Below are positions 10,226 to 21,397 of a stretch of 64,000 bases of DNA, piece by piece. Numbering within the stretch: position 1 is the stretch's first letter; every line of letters starts with the position of its first letter. The position numbers and the translations under genes were made by a program. The stretch is from an uncultured Gammaproteobacteria bacterium. Its GTDB lineage: Bacteria; Pseudomonadota; Gammaproteobacteria; JABCZS01. The notes below the pieces were generated by a model. That model saw only the letters and a program-made list of their open reading frames with translations. It ran no database searches and was not told the origin of the DNA. The DNA lies in contig CAWKDC010000001.1 of the NCBI GenBank assembly GCA_963848305.1, positions 96,001 through 160,000 of the forward strand, given 5' to 3'.

Positions 10226-12381
10226 TTGCAAATATGATTGGCCGGCGGCCGGGGAACGCAGCCTGATCGGAAAGCGCATCAAGCGCATTGATGGGCCCGC
10301 CAAAGCGAGCGGCCGCGCCAAATACACCTACGACATTAACCGGCCCGGGCTCCTGATCAGCAAAATCTATCGCTCGCCTTACGCCCACGCGAAGATCACC
10401 GCCATTGACACTTCCGAGGCGGAAAAACTGCCCGGGGTGAAGAGCGTGCAGGTGGTTTTGGGCGTGGGGAAGGAAACCAACTGGGTGGGCGATGAAATTA
10501 TCGCCCTCGCCGCCGAGAGCGAAGATATCGCCGAGGATGCTCTCGGCAAAATCAAAGTGGAATTCGAGGAACTTCCCCACCTGGTCCTGGAAGAAAACCT
10601 GGAGCAAGCCGGCGACAATGCCAAGAAAGCAGGGAGCAAGACCGCCGGTGATCCCGCCAAGGCGTTCAGCGACCCCGACGTGGTGATTTCCGAGGGCTAT
10701 TACGGCATCGCAGACCATCACCCATTGTTGCCTGGAAGCCCATGGCAACGTGGCGGAGTGGACGGGCGAGAAACTGCTCACTTATTCCTCCACGCAGAAT
10801 GTCTCCGGGCTCCCGGGCCAAATCGGCCAGGCGCTGCGCGAGCAAGGGGTGAACGTTCCGGATAACAATATCGAGACCATTTGCAATTACATCGGAGGAG
10901 GATTCGGCAGCAAGTTCTCTCCCGACGAATGGGGCATCCATGTCGCGCAATTGGCGAAAACCACCGGCAAGCCCGTCAAGCTGATGCTCGATCGCAACAT
11001 GGAACTGGAAGCGGCCGGGGCGCGGCCCTCCGCCTACGCCCAAATCAAGGTGGCGGCGAAGAAAGATGGAACGCTGGTGGCGTGGGATTCCCATTCCTGG
11101 GGCACGGGAGGTCCCACCGGCACGGGGATGCCGCCCCTTCCTTACGTGCTGGAAATACCCAACGTCTCCACCCAGCACACTTCCGTCAGCACCAACACCG
11201 GACCCGCCCGCGCCTGGCGCGCGCCGGATCATCCGCAGGCAGCGGCGCTGACCATGTGCGCGCTGGAAGATTTGGCCGCCAAGCTCAACATGGACCCCAT
11301 CGAGTTTTTCTCCAAGAACGCCGACCTTTCGGCGGGACGTGGGAAAGTCTACCGGGAAGAACTTCAGAAAGCCGCCGAGCTCGCCGATTGGAAAAAGAAC
11401 TGGCACCCGCGGGGAGACAAAACCGCCAGGCCACATCAAGCGCGGCATGGGAGTGAGCATGCACACCTGGGGCGGACGCGGCCACAACAGCACTCTGCCT
11501 GGTCAGCATCCACCCTGACGGCTCGGTGGAAACCACCCTGGGAAGCCAGGACCTGGGCACGGGCACGCGGACGGCGATTGCCATGGTCGCGGCGGAAACC
11601 TTGGGGCTGCCGGTGGAAGCCATCACGGTCAACATCGGGGATAGCAAATTCCCTGCCTCGGGCCCTTCGGGTGGCAGCACGACGATCGGCGGCGTTTCGG
11701 CCTCCACGCGGCGCGGCTGCGGTGGATGCCCTGGACCAACTCTTTGCCGTCGTCGCTCCCGTGCTGGGCGTTCCGGCCGACCAACTGGTGGCGGTGGGTG
11801 GAAACATCCAGGCCAAGGGCGATGCTTCGAAGCAAATCTCTTGGAAGGACGCCTGCGCCAAGCTTCAAGTGAAAACCATTCAGGCCACGGGGAAGAATCC
11901 CGATGCGAGCAAGTGCAAGCTGGGGGATAGCGGCGTGGGCGGCGTGCAGATTGCCGACGTCTCCGTGGATACGGAAACCGGCCTGATTAAGATCAACAAG
12001 ATGGTGGCCGTGCAGGACTGCGGCTTGATCATCTCGATGAAAACCGCGGAGAGCCAGTGCTACGGCGCCTTGATCATGGGCATTACCTACGCGCTGTTCG
12101 AAGAGAAAATCATGGACCAGATCACGGGGCGCATGCTGAATAACAACATGGAGTTTTACAAGCTGGCCGGCATCGGGGACATCGGCGAACTGGTGGTCCA
12201 CATGATGACGGGCCCCGGCTATGACGAGCGCGGGACGATTGGCCTCGGCGAGCCTCCGGTGATTTCCCCCGGCGCCGCCATTTCCAACGCCGTGGCCAAC
12301 GCCATCGGCGTGCGCGTGCCGACCATCCCCTTGACTCCGGACAAAGTTCTGGCCGCACTCGCGAAAGGAGGGGTTGCCTGA
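10218..12381 (+). CDS. Xanthine dehydrogenase-family Mo-binding subunit; frameshifts near 10712, 11428 and 11712
   Basis: RIDGPAKASGRAKY, HCCLEAHG (shifted frame), GGGFGSK, WRAP, QDLGTG, SGGSTT, GLGEPP. Confidence 0.88.
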
Positions 12382-13361
12382 TGGAAGCCTTTGAATACGC
12401 TCGGCCGAAGTCGATCCAGGAAGCCATCAAGTTGCTCACGGGCACGGAAGGGGAAGCCCGCGCCTTGGCCGGGGGCACCGACCTCATCAGCTTGATGAAG
12501 GATGGAGTCGCGAAGTCCCCAGCGCCTGGTCAGCTTGCAACACGTCAACGAACTTAAGGGAATTTCCTTCCGGGGAGAGTCAGGGCTGCGCTTGGGCGCC
12601 GGCGTGACCTTGGAAGAGTTGATCGAGAACGCCGAAGTCCGGGAGCACTACCCCGCCCTGGTGCAGGCGGCGGAAGGGCGTTCGCAGCCCGCAAATCCGC
12701 AGCACGGGAACCGTGGGCGGCGACCTCTGCCAGCGCCCGCGCTGCTGGTACTATCGCGCCGGGTATGGATTGCTGGCGGTTTACAAGGGCAAGCCGCTGG
12801 TCCCCGATGGCGACAACCGCTACCACGCCATCCTGGGAAATTCCGGACCGGCTTATTTCGTCAGCCCCTCCAGCCTGGCGCCCATCCTGATTGCATTGGA
12901 CGCCAAGGTGAAGACTCCATGGCCCGCAAGGCGCGCGCGAACTTTCCGTGCAAGAGTTCTTTGTAACCCCCAAGAGCGACATGGAGAGCGAACACGCCCT
13001 GCAGCCCGGCGAAATCGTCACTGAAATCCTGGTGCCGCATCCAGGGGACGTGAAGATGGCGATCTACGAGGTGCGGCAGAAAGAAGCTTTGGACTGGCCC
13101 CTCGCCGCGGCTGCGGTAGTTCTGAAGCTCGACGGTGGCAGCGTGCAGAGCGCCCGCGTGGTGTTGGGACATGTCGCGCCCGTGCCCTGGCCCTCGCCTG
13201 AAGCGGAAGAAGCGTTGAAGGGCAAATCGGTGAATGAAGATGTGGCTTGGGAGGCGGGCAAAGCTGCGCTCAGCAAAGCCACGCCGCTTTCCAGGAACGC
13301 TTACAAAGTTCAACTGGCCCGCGTGGCCGTGAAGCGCGCCATCCTGCGCGCCGCGGTGTAG
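12381..13361 (+). CDS. Xanthine dehydrogenase-family FAD-binding subunit (PaoB/YagS-like); frameshifts near 12510, 12680 and 12915
   Basis: MEAFEYARP, AGGTDL, GGDLCQRPRCWYYR, LGHVAPVPW, PLSRNAYKV spread over three frames. Confidence 0.85.
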
Positions 13362-13431
13362 GGCCGAACAGCGTTCGGCCGAAGGTAGGGCCGAACAGCG
13401 TTCGGCCAGGGCGAGCGCCGCTCGCCCCTAC
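13358..13431. repeat. GTAG-type REP cluster (two direct copies plus one inverted variant)
   Basis: GTAGGGCCGAACAGCGTTCGGCC at 13358 and 13385; GGGCGAGCGCCGCTCGCCCCTAC at 13409-13431. Confidence 0.85.
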
Positions 13432-13449
13432 AACGAAGGGAGAGGCCTG

Positions 13450-13671
13450 ATGGTAACTGAACCGGTCCGTCAAATTGCCGAGCCCCAGGTGCAGTGCCGC
13501 ATGATCCGCTCCAAGTGGATGTTCATTGAGGCGGAACCTGACCCCACGGTTCCCCGCTCCGGCGCCAGTATCTGCTGGTGCGTGCACACCCAGAAGTGCA
13601 TGGGTCCGGATGGCCAGATCGTGACGCTGGAGGCTTGCAATTCAGAGCGGCCTTGTTTTGAAGCTATTTAG
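13450..13671 (+). CDS. Small Cys-rich hypothetical protein (73 aa)
   Basis: GGGAGAGG RBS; six Cys including CWC..TQ.C.GPDG...C...R.CF; in operon position. Confidence 0.7.
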   Translation: MVTEPVRQIAEPQVQCRMIRSKWMFIEAEPDPTVPRSGASICWCVHTQKCMGPDGQIVTLEACNSERPCFEAI

Positions 13672-13836
13672 CGGGGCTTTGGCTTGGGCGCCGATTTCCT
13701 GGCGGCGAAAGTGGTTACCTAGCTAATGAACGAAATTCCCTAGCGCAGTTGGCTCGGCGGGTTGAATCCCTGGGCCGAAAGGGATAAAATGTCCATGTGG
13801 CGTTATTTTGAAACCTGCCCCGTGGAGGGTCGGTTC

Positions 13837-14503
13837 ATGAGGAAAATCATTATCTCGATTGCAATTTGTCTGTTTCTGATTTCGGCTTCGGCGGTTCCCG
13901 GAAGCGCAGCCCTGAAGGGCGATTACATCGAAGCCCGCAGCGCGGACGTTTACACGGGCCCCTGCTTCGCGAATTCGGAAGTGGGTTTAACCGGCCAGGA
14001 AGCCATTCTGGCCTGGAAAGTTCAGGAAGGCGACTGGAAGGGCGATCGACCTGAGCGGACTGAGCGTGGTGGCGGTGGTCAGAGCCAAGGCCACGCTGGG
14101 CGATCCTTACCACGACCCTTATCCGGCGCGGTCCGTGCTGATTGTGGATTCCCGCGCCAGTGGCCACCAGCGTGAAGCGCTCGCCGCATTTGCCGCATCC
14201 ATGGCAGGCGGCCTGCTGGACCACGTGGTACGGGTGGAGACGGCGCCCATCCAGATGACGGTGGAGCATGGCGATCAACACGGCGCGGCCAAAGTGGTGG
14301 CAGGACAATTTGCCCGAATCGAGACGCGCAGCCTTTGCCAGGGCGATCACCTGTGCGGAAACGAAACGGTTTATTACCCGCCGCTGGTGGCTCTAGCCCA
14401 CTCCATGCCGGCCTTCACGCTGGACAGTTCGTTCTCCGGCCAGGGCCTGGGCGAAGTTTGGAAGAACGTGGACAAGCGCAGCGCCTTTGTGGGCAGCTTC
14501 TAA
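13837..14503 (+). CDS. Secreted DUF1326-like protein; frameshift near 14045
   Basis: Signal peptide; GDYIEARSADVYTGPCFANSE; HLCGNETVYYPPL; KRSAFVGSF; GGAGG RBS. Confidence 0.7.
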
Positions 14504-14611
14504 GCCACGCAGCTTTCCTTTGCACATCAGCCAAAAAAGCGGGAAACTTCCGAATGGGAGTTTCCCGTTTCGTGTTTATATCATCCAATAAGTGCTAAGG
14601 AGGCTTTGTCA

Positions 14612-15280
14612 ATGAAACTGCACCGCGTAGTTGGACTGGTCCTGGCGATTCAGCTCTGCGCGGCCTTGAGTGCATTCGGCCAAGGTAGTTACAAGGTTGA
14701 AGCGATTGGCGCTGCGCCGGCGGATGTACCGGCCCCCATCCAGAGCACTCTCGATACTCAGGGAGTGCGCGTCACCACCGACGGGGGCGCGACCGCTTTG
14801 CGAAGTATGGCTGCGCAAGACTCTCCCCACCAATGCGAGCCCCAACCCTGAGTCGGACATCCTCTATGGAGCGCTGACCGAGGGCGCCCTTCTGGGCGTT
14901 ATCCATTTCCCCAAGCCCACAACGGATTTCCGCAGTCAGAATATCAAAGCCGGGTATTACACCCTGCGCTTTGGCCTGATCCCCCAGGACGGAAACCATA
15001 CGGGCGTCAATCCTTATCGTGACGCCTTCGTGATGGGGCCTGTCTCCGCCGACCCGGGACCCGACAAAGTGCTTTCCTTTGACAGATCTGGTGAAGTTGA
15101 GCCAACAGGCTTCCGGAACTCCCCATCCCGGATTCCTGGTGGGTGCAACCGGTCAGCGGCGGCAGCCTTCCCTCCGTCGTCAAGGATGACTCGGGCAACT
15201 GGGACCTGCAAATTAAGGGACACACGAAAAGTGCTGACCTGCCCCTGGCGTTCACAGTAGTCGGCCATTGGCAAGGGTAA
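14612..15280 (+). CDS. Secreted hypothetical protein with several frameshifts
   Basis: AAGGAGG RBS, signal peptide; DFRSQNIKAGYYTLR, PQDGNHTGV..YRD, SGTPHP segments across frames. Confidence 0.6.
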
Positions 15281-15285
15281 GGCCA

Positions 15286-15620
15286 TTTTGGATTGGCGAT
15301 TTTGGATTTTGGATTACGGCGCCCGTGTCTCACCAAAATTTCGGAGTGCGGGAGCTTGGTCCCGCTTTTTCTACCGCTGACTTGTCAGCGGTTCGTGGTT
15401 CGCCGCGACGAGTCGCGGCGTGCAAAAGCGGCGACGAGTCGCCGCAGTCCGAAAGCTGGTAGCACCGCCTCGTTCTCCAAAATGGGACAATATCATTAGC
15501 CTTAGGTGAAACCCCCGGCGGGCCGAATGGTTCGACCCCTCCAGGGTTGGAGCTTGTTTCCGGATCACCTTTCCGCAGGTTTCGCCTGCGGCTAATGACA
15601 TTCTTCCCCTTCGGGGAGAC
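15286..15620. repeat. Cluster of palindromic repeats: TTTTGGA heptamers, a GGAG-type REP pair and a hairpin-rich element
   Basis: ttttgga units at 15286-15315; TTCGGAGTGCGG...CGCTTTT (15340-15369) is an imperfect inverted match to AAAAGCG...CCGCAGTCCGAA (15424-15453); further hairpins at 15500-15620. Confidence 0.7.
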
Positions 15621-15623
15621 CCG

Positions 15624-17448
15624 CTAATTCTCCGACGGCCTCTCGATGTGATCGATGACGAGGACTTCCACCGGGCCTTTTGTGGGTTCCAGCTTCAGCC
15701 CAAGCTGCTCCTGAATCATGGTGAAGATGCTTGGACCCGGAGCATTCGCATCCGGGCCTTCCTTCATGGCGGCCGAGGCCGTGGGCCCGCTGAGGTCCGT
15801 TGCTCGGTCTAAGGCGAGATCATACGTCCCACTCAACCCAGTTCGGTCCACTACCGGCCGACCGACGAGACTCGGGAGGTCATGCGCAAGCTGCCACATC
15901 GATGCGCCAGTCATAAACAGTGACCACGAATGGTGTTTCCCGTCACGATGTGGATTCGCTGGGTCGTTCGGATTGGAAAACGTGCCGGCAGGGAGCAACT
16001 TCGGCCCATTCTTCGCCACGACCAGAGCATAGATTTTCATTTCCCTGGTCTCGCGGTGGAGCGTCAGATGGCAACGATCCTCAAGTAGCGACCGCAGCAT
16101 GAGAACGGTTTGTTCGACACGCTGCTGTCTAGTCAGCTTCTCCAGTTGGTCCCACTGCGCATCGGCGATCTTGGCCTCAACGTTATAGGGCTGTTTATCA
16201 AACCAATCCGGCCCTCCCAAAATCTGGGCAGGCGGAGTCTGGTACGCGTACTCGACTAGGGCCTTCATCGTCGCATTCCTAGTTTGGAATCGGGCGGGAT
16301 GCTGATCATCAATCATATACCCCGGCTCTCCGGAGCGATTCAGCTTGATCGTTGCAACCTCGAACGATGGCAAAGGCCCACCGTTTGCTGGAGCAGCTTG
16401 CACATTGGCCGCCGGGGCGTTCAGCACACCAAACACCACAGGTCCGGCAACGGCTGCTAGACCGATCGTGGCCAACACCAGCTTTCTCCCAAAACTGAGC
16501 TTGTTTGCCATGCGCTCGGTCATGATACGGGTAATCCGATTCTTCAGATCAGCGCCGGTAACTCCGGACACACAGGCCAGCGGCGATTCCACACAGAATT
16601 CGCACGTCTTCAAAATGCTCTCGGCGTAGACCTGTCGATCGCTGCCTGCTTCCAGGACTTCTTCGTCGCAGGCGCGTTCGCGCTCATCCACCAGCCGCGA
16701 TCCCAACCACCAAACCAGCGGGTGAAACCAGAAGATGGCTTCCACCACCATGTGGATCGCTGCGGCCAGATTATCGCGGCGGCGCACGTGCCACACTTCG
16801 TGAGCGAGAATGGCTTCCAGTTGCGCATCGTCAAGGCGCTCGGAGATTCCCTTCGGCCAAACCAGAGCGGGCTTGACGATGCCGAAAATACCCGGTTCCA
16901 GAGTAGCCGGCGACAGGAACAAGTCGATGGGCTTCCGTATCTCCCAGGCGGCGCTCCACGCGGCGCAGCGCTTCCACTTCGCGCCCTTCCCCTAGGGGCA
17001 CCGCTTCCCGCAGGACTGCGGAAATCCGCCGCCAGCGCGCGCACCATACGAAGAGCACCACCACGAATCCGCAGAACCACATTGCCACCACGATTGCCGG
17101 AAACAGGTTCGCGAAGGTCGTGGAGTGAACAACTGGAGGAATCACCCGTGCCGCCGGCGGCGTGAAGGGCTGGCTGATCTGCTCCATGGCATAGAAGAAA
17201 CCCGGTTCCGTTGGTGCGACAAGGCGTGGCTTCGCCAGATGACTGCCAATACCAATCAGCAACGAAAACGGAATCAGGAATTTTACGGACGCTGCCAGCC
17301 AAAGCCCGTAGCGCGCCCGCGCGTGGTTCTTGCGCAAAACCAAGGTCAGCAATCCCGCGATGACAAGGCACAGCGTCGATTGCCACAAGTGATTGCCCAT
17401 TGCGGGCGCCGTGGCCGACCATATTGCCGACAAGTATTTGGGGATCAT
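15624..17448 (-). CDS. BlaR1-like M56 metallopeptidase fused to a TIGR03435 (DUF3738) domain; frameshift near 16930
   Basis: NHLWQST, HEVWHVRRRDNL, FWFHPLVWW, ERERACDE; SFEVATIK, VVDRTGLSGTYD, QEQLGLKL, IDHIERPSEN. Confidence 0.92.
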
Positions 17449-17497
17449 AGCTTGTCCTTTCTCTCCGGTTCTACTGTTGCGCTACCGCGAGCCGAAG

Positions 17498-17534
17498 AAC
17501 CGTAGGGCGCGGTTCGCGAACCGCCCCTACGGTT
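17498..17534. repeat. Single GTAG-type REP hairpin
   Basis: AACCGTAGGGCGCGGTTCGCGAACCGCCCCTACGGTT, near-perfect palindrome. Confidence 0.75.
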
Positions 17535-17550
17535 ACTTCCGGGAGGCCCG

Positions 17551-17925
17551 CTACTTTCTCGCCAGCTTGCGCAGGGTTTTCTCCGCTTCCTTCACATCCT
17601 CAAGCGTGAGTTTGCCGGATTCAATCAGGTGCGCCATCACGGGCTGAGTGCTCCCGCCGAACAGCGCCAGCAGGTCGTCGATCAGCCTCCGCTGCGCGGC
17701 ATCGCGCGAGATCGTCGCTTCAAAAATGTGAAAATTGCCGACCTTCTTGACGCGGCGCAGAGCCTTCTTCCCTTCCAGCCGATAAACGGTGGTTTGAATG
17801 GTGGTGTAGGCGGGCCGCTTTTTCTCGGGAAAGGCTTCTTGAATCTCGCGAATGGAGGCTTGCCCCCGCGTCCACAGCGTTTCCATGATTTGAAGTTCGA
17901 GCTTGGTGAGTCTGGGTTCGCGCAT
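17551..17925 (-). CDS. BlaI/MecI/CopY family repressor
   Basis: LTKLELQIMETLW, AYTTIQTTVYRLEGK; directly upstream of the M56 gene. Confidence 0.93.
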   Translation of the reverse strand: MREPRLTKLELQIMETLWTRGQASIREIQEAFPEKKRPAYTTIQTTVYRLEGKKALRRVKKVGNFHIFEATISRDAAQRRLIDDLLALFGGSTQPVMAHLIESGKLTLEDVKEAEKTLRKLARK

Positions 17926-17950
17926 TTGCTATCTCCTATATCTGTGTGTG

Positions 17951-17978
17951 AGTCTACTACGCGCATAGGTGATGTCAA
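17951..17978 (-). promoter_or_regulatory. Promoter with BlaI-type operator in the spacer
   Basis: Minus strand TTGACA (17978-17973), 16 nt, TAGACT (17956-17951); imperfect palindrome CTACGCGCATAG at 17957-17968. Confidence 0.6.
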
Positions 17979-18041
17979 GGTTTTTTTCGCGGAAGAAATC
18001 AGGGGATGCCGTGGGAATATCAGGAGACGAGCAAAAGCAAC

Positions 18042-18132
18042 CTCGCGCAGAGACGCTGAGACGCAGAGTTTTGCCTTAAACAGATGCCTGAACTTTCTTT
18101 TCCGTCTCTGCGTCTCAGCGTCTCTGCGCGAG
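18042..18132. repeat. 27-bp perfect inverted repeat built from 8-mer (CGCAGAGA-like) units
   Basis: CTCGCGCAGAGACGCTGAGACGCAGAG (18042-18068) / CTCTGCGTCTCAGCGTCTCTGCGCGAG (18106-18132). Confidence 0.85.
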
Positions 18133-18154
18133 ATTCCTTATTGTTTAACACCTT

Positions 18155-21020
18155 CTAAGGCGCGGGCAATCCGATGATGACCACTTGCCATCCATCGGAG
18201 GTGGGGGTGATGGAAAACTGGCTCTGGTAGGAACCGGGCGACGACACGCTTTCGAACACGGTGGTCAGATAATTCGGCGTTGAATTCGGATCGGTGATAA
18301 ATCCCGTCTGCGGAGTGAACGTGTGTGGGGCGTCCGAGTCCCCAAAGATCCAGCTCACCAGCAGCCCGGCCTTCGGGAGCGTGATGGGACTAGAGGTCGC
18401 ACTCGTCGTGTACGTGCCGGGGCTGGGACTGGTGATGGCGGAAGCGATGGGGGCCTGTGCAGTGTTTGAGCCTGCCACGGCCAGGAAATGCACAAAGATC
18501 GGCTCTTGGTTGTCCACCGTGATCGTGATCGTATCACCGGCCGGGCAGGACACGGGATTCTGGACGTAGTAGACCGTGCTCCGCATGTCGTAGAAATAGC
18601 CCACCCAGTTCGTGGGTCCGGCCAGGATGTTCCAGGTGTTTCCGCAGCTATCGGATACCGTCGGCTGAGCGATCGGCTGGCTGTAGAAGTTGTAATAATC
18701 TCCCAGGAACAGCAGGAGCGTAGAAGCTCCCGGATAGACAAACGGCCCAGTATCGTACGTGGTCGGGTAGGTTACCTGCGAAGCCGTTCCCCAGGCCCCC
18801 GATGACACCATCGTCGGTACGGGAGGATTCACCACGAGCGTGGCGGCTTTGCTGTGATTGGCGGAGTAATCCTCAAATCCCGCATAGACGTTCGGCGCGG
18901 CGTTATCCGTGCTCAGCAGGACAAACCGTATGGCCGAGGTGCTCGTCCACCCGGGCCGCGCGGTGATTTCATTAACGATGCTGGTCACATCGATGATGTG
19001 GGTGCAGGTGTTTTGGCCGTTGTTGTTCCCCTGGCAGCTTCCGTGAACATCGCCCGGTCCGGTGGTGGTGTAATCCGTGTAGGCCGTCGTATAGGGGACG
19101 TCCAGAGGCGTGTTACCGGTTGAACCACTGAACGAAGGCCCGTCGTCCTGCGCCACGCCGTAGACGCGGAAAGTGGAGCTCGTGCCGGGGCAAGGCGCTG
19201 ATCCGCAAACGGCACTGCTGGCGGACCCATCGCTGCTCACCAGTTGCAGGTAGGCGGAGCGGATCGTGTCACCTGACTTGACGCCGGTCGAGGGAAACCG
19301 GTAGCCGGTAACATAGGCCGTGGTCGTCCCCGCCCAACTCCCCACCAAATCCGCTCCCCCGGACGATGGCGTGCCATACCATACGCTGCCGTTTTGAAAG
19401 TAACCATCGTCGGCGTCAGTGGAAATCTGAATCGTGTGAGCAACCGGAGATTGTGTACCGCCGCCCGTAATCGTCAAGGTCAGTGACGCGGTCCCCGTGC
19501 CCGTGCTGTTCGTGGCGCTCAGCGTCACCGTGGAGGTGCCCGCCGCTGTGGGCGTGCCGGAAATCAGCCCGGTGCCGGTACTGACCGTTAACCCGGCGGG
19601 CAATCCCGCGGCGCCGTAACTGGTCGGCGTATTCTTCGCCGTGATCTGATAGGAGAAGGAGGCGCCCACCGTCCCGCTCGCTGTGGTCGCGCTGGTGATC
19701 ACCGGCGCTGCGGTATTCACCGGAAAGCTGAGCGTGGAGCTTCCTCCGCCCGACGCGGGATTCGTTACCACCACCGCATAACTTCCCGCCGTCGCCTGGT
19801 CCGCGGCGCTCAGCGTGATCGTCAAGGCGCTCGCGCTCACATAGGTGGCCGGGTGCGCCGCGCCGTTGTATGTCACCGTAGACGCTGATAGGAAGTTGCT
19901 CCCCTGGAGGGTCAGGGTGAGCGCCCCCGCCCCCACCGTCGAGGAGGCCGGCGAGAAACTACTGAGCGTTGGCGCCGGATTATTCACCAGGAAGTTCAGC
20001 GTCGACTTTCCCCCGCCCGGTGCGGGATTCGTTACCACCACGGCATAACTTCCCGCCGTCACCTGGTCCACGGCGCTCAGTGTGATCGTCAAGGCGCTCG
20101 CGCTCACATAGGTGGCCGGGTGCGCCGCGCCGTTGTATGTCACCGTGGATGTTGAGAGGAAATTGCTCCCTTGGAGGGTCAGGGTAAGCGCCCCCGCCCC
20201 TACCGTCGAGGAGGCGGGCGAGAAACTACTGAGCGTTGGCGCCGAGTTGTTGCCAACGCCGCCGAGGCTCACCGACTGTGGGCTCCCCGGGGCGTTATCT
20301 GCAAAGGTCAGAGTGGCGCTCCGCGTTCCGGTAACTGCCGGCGTAAAGGTCACACCGACCACGCAGGCGCCACTTGGTGCGACCGTAGCTCCCCCGCAGG
20401 TATCCTTGCTGATCGCAAAGTCGCTGGGGTTCGCGCCGCCGATCGTTACGGTCGAGACGGTCAGGTTCGCCGCCCCGTTGTTTGTCACCGTCTCCGTTTG
20501 CGCCGCACTCGGCGCTCCCACCAGTTGGCTTCCGAAGTCCAGGCTCGCGGCAGAGAGCGTGAAAGCCGAGGCGATGCCCGTCCCGCTGACCGGTATGATG
20601 TGCGGACTTCCCGCGGCATCGTCCGTGATATTTACTGATGCCGTGCGGTTCCCTGCCGCAGAGGGTTTGAAGGTCACAGTTGCAGTGCAGCTTGCTCCCG
20701 GCGCCAGCGAGACTTCCACACGTGTTGGTGAGAACAAAGTCCGCAGCATGGGGACCCGCCACCATGACACTGGCAATATTCAAAGTTGCGGTGCCACTAT
20801 TGGTCAAGGTGACGGTCCGAGGAGGGCTGGCCGTGCCTATGGGCTGACTATCGAACGTAATGGGCGCGCCACTGATCGTGACGTTGGCTGCTGAGACAGG
20901 AGGGGGCGTGACCGAGCCGCCCCCTCCTCCACAGGAAGCGAACAAAAGAACAGAAATGATACACTTGCCCACGAAAATCGCGGGGTTCGTGCAGCGCTTT
21001 GGATGCACTCTCGTTCCCAT
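18155..21020 (-). CDS. Surface lipoprotein with choice-of-anchor D (ASH), IPT/TIG and putative Ig domains; frameshift near 20712
   Basis: Lipobox LFASC-GGGG; two ASH-like repeats (TVTFKPSAAGNRTA); two IPT repeats; GLPAGLTVSTGTGLISGTP. Confidence 0.8.
19755..20243. repeat. Near-identical intragenic duplication with 267-bp period (IPT domains)
   Basis: 19755-19976 matches 20022-20243; APTLSSFSPASSTVGAGALTL...VVVTNPA occurs twice. Confidence 0.9.
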
Positions 21021-21397
21021 AAGTCAGAAGTCGATCTTGAGCAGGTTCAATCGCTAAGGGGGGCATTGCATTTCCCCTGCGGCACGCCGATCCTCAAGCA
21101 CATTGACAGCCTAGTAGCGCGCCGTATAAGTCCATTCAGGGCAACCCACCCGTTCGTCGCGAAACTCTTTCAACTCTCTATGATAATTTTAAAATTGACA
21201 CTAGTTATGATAGCGGAATTCTGTCCTGGATGGAAAGTCTGACTGCGAGAACAATTCAGGTTCGGAGTAATATTGATGTCGATATTGGCCAATACATTGT
21301 ATCCCCAGCAGAGGCAGATCCCTCTGCCGCTCTGGCGGGTTACTTTAGATAGGAAGGCTTCTTCGCCCGCACGTGCTGTGTGTGGCACGCGGAATGA

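Noticed and set aside
13358-13431. Mini CRISPR array
   Set aside because: Only two direct copies 4 nt apart plus an inverted variant; GTAG-REP structure; no cas genes
19755-20243. Diversity-generating retroelement template/variable repeat pair
   Set aside because: Both copies are in-frame domains of one gene, differences are not adenine-specific, and no reverse transcriptase is present
21060-21390. AT-rich intergenic region as riboswitch or ncRNA
   Set aside because: No recognisable conserved RNA motif; consistent with promoter DNA; an Rfam scan would settle it
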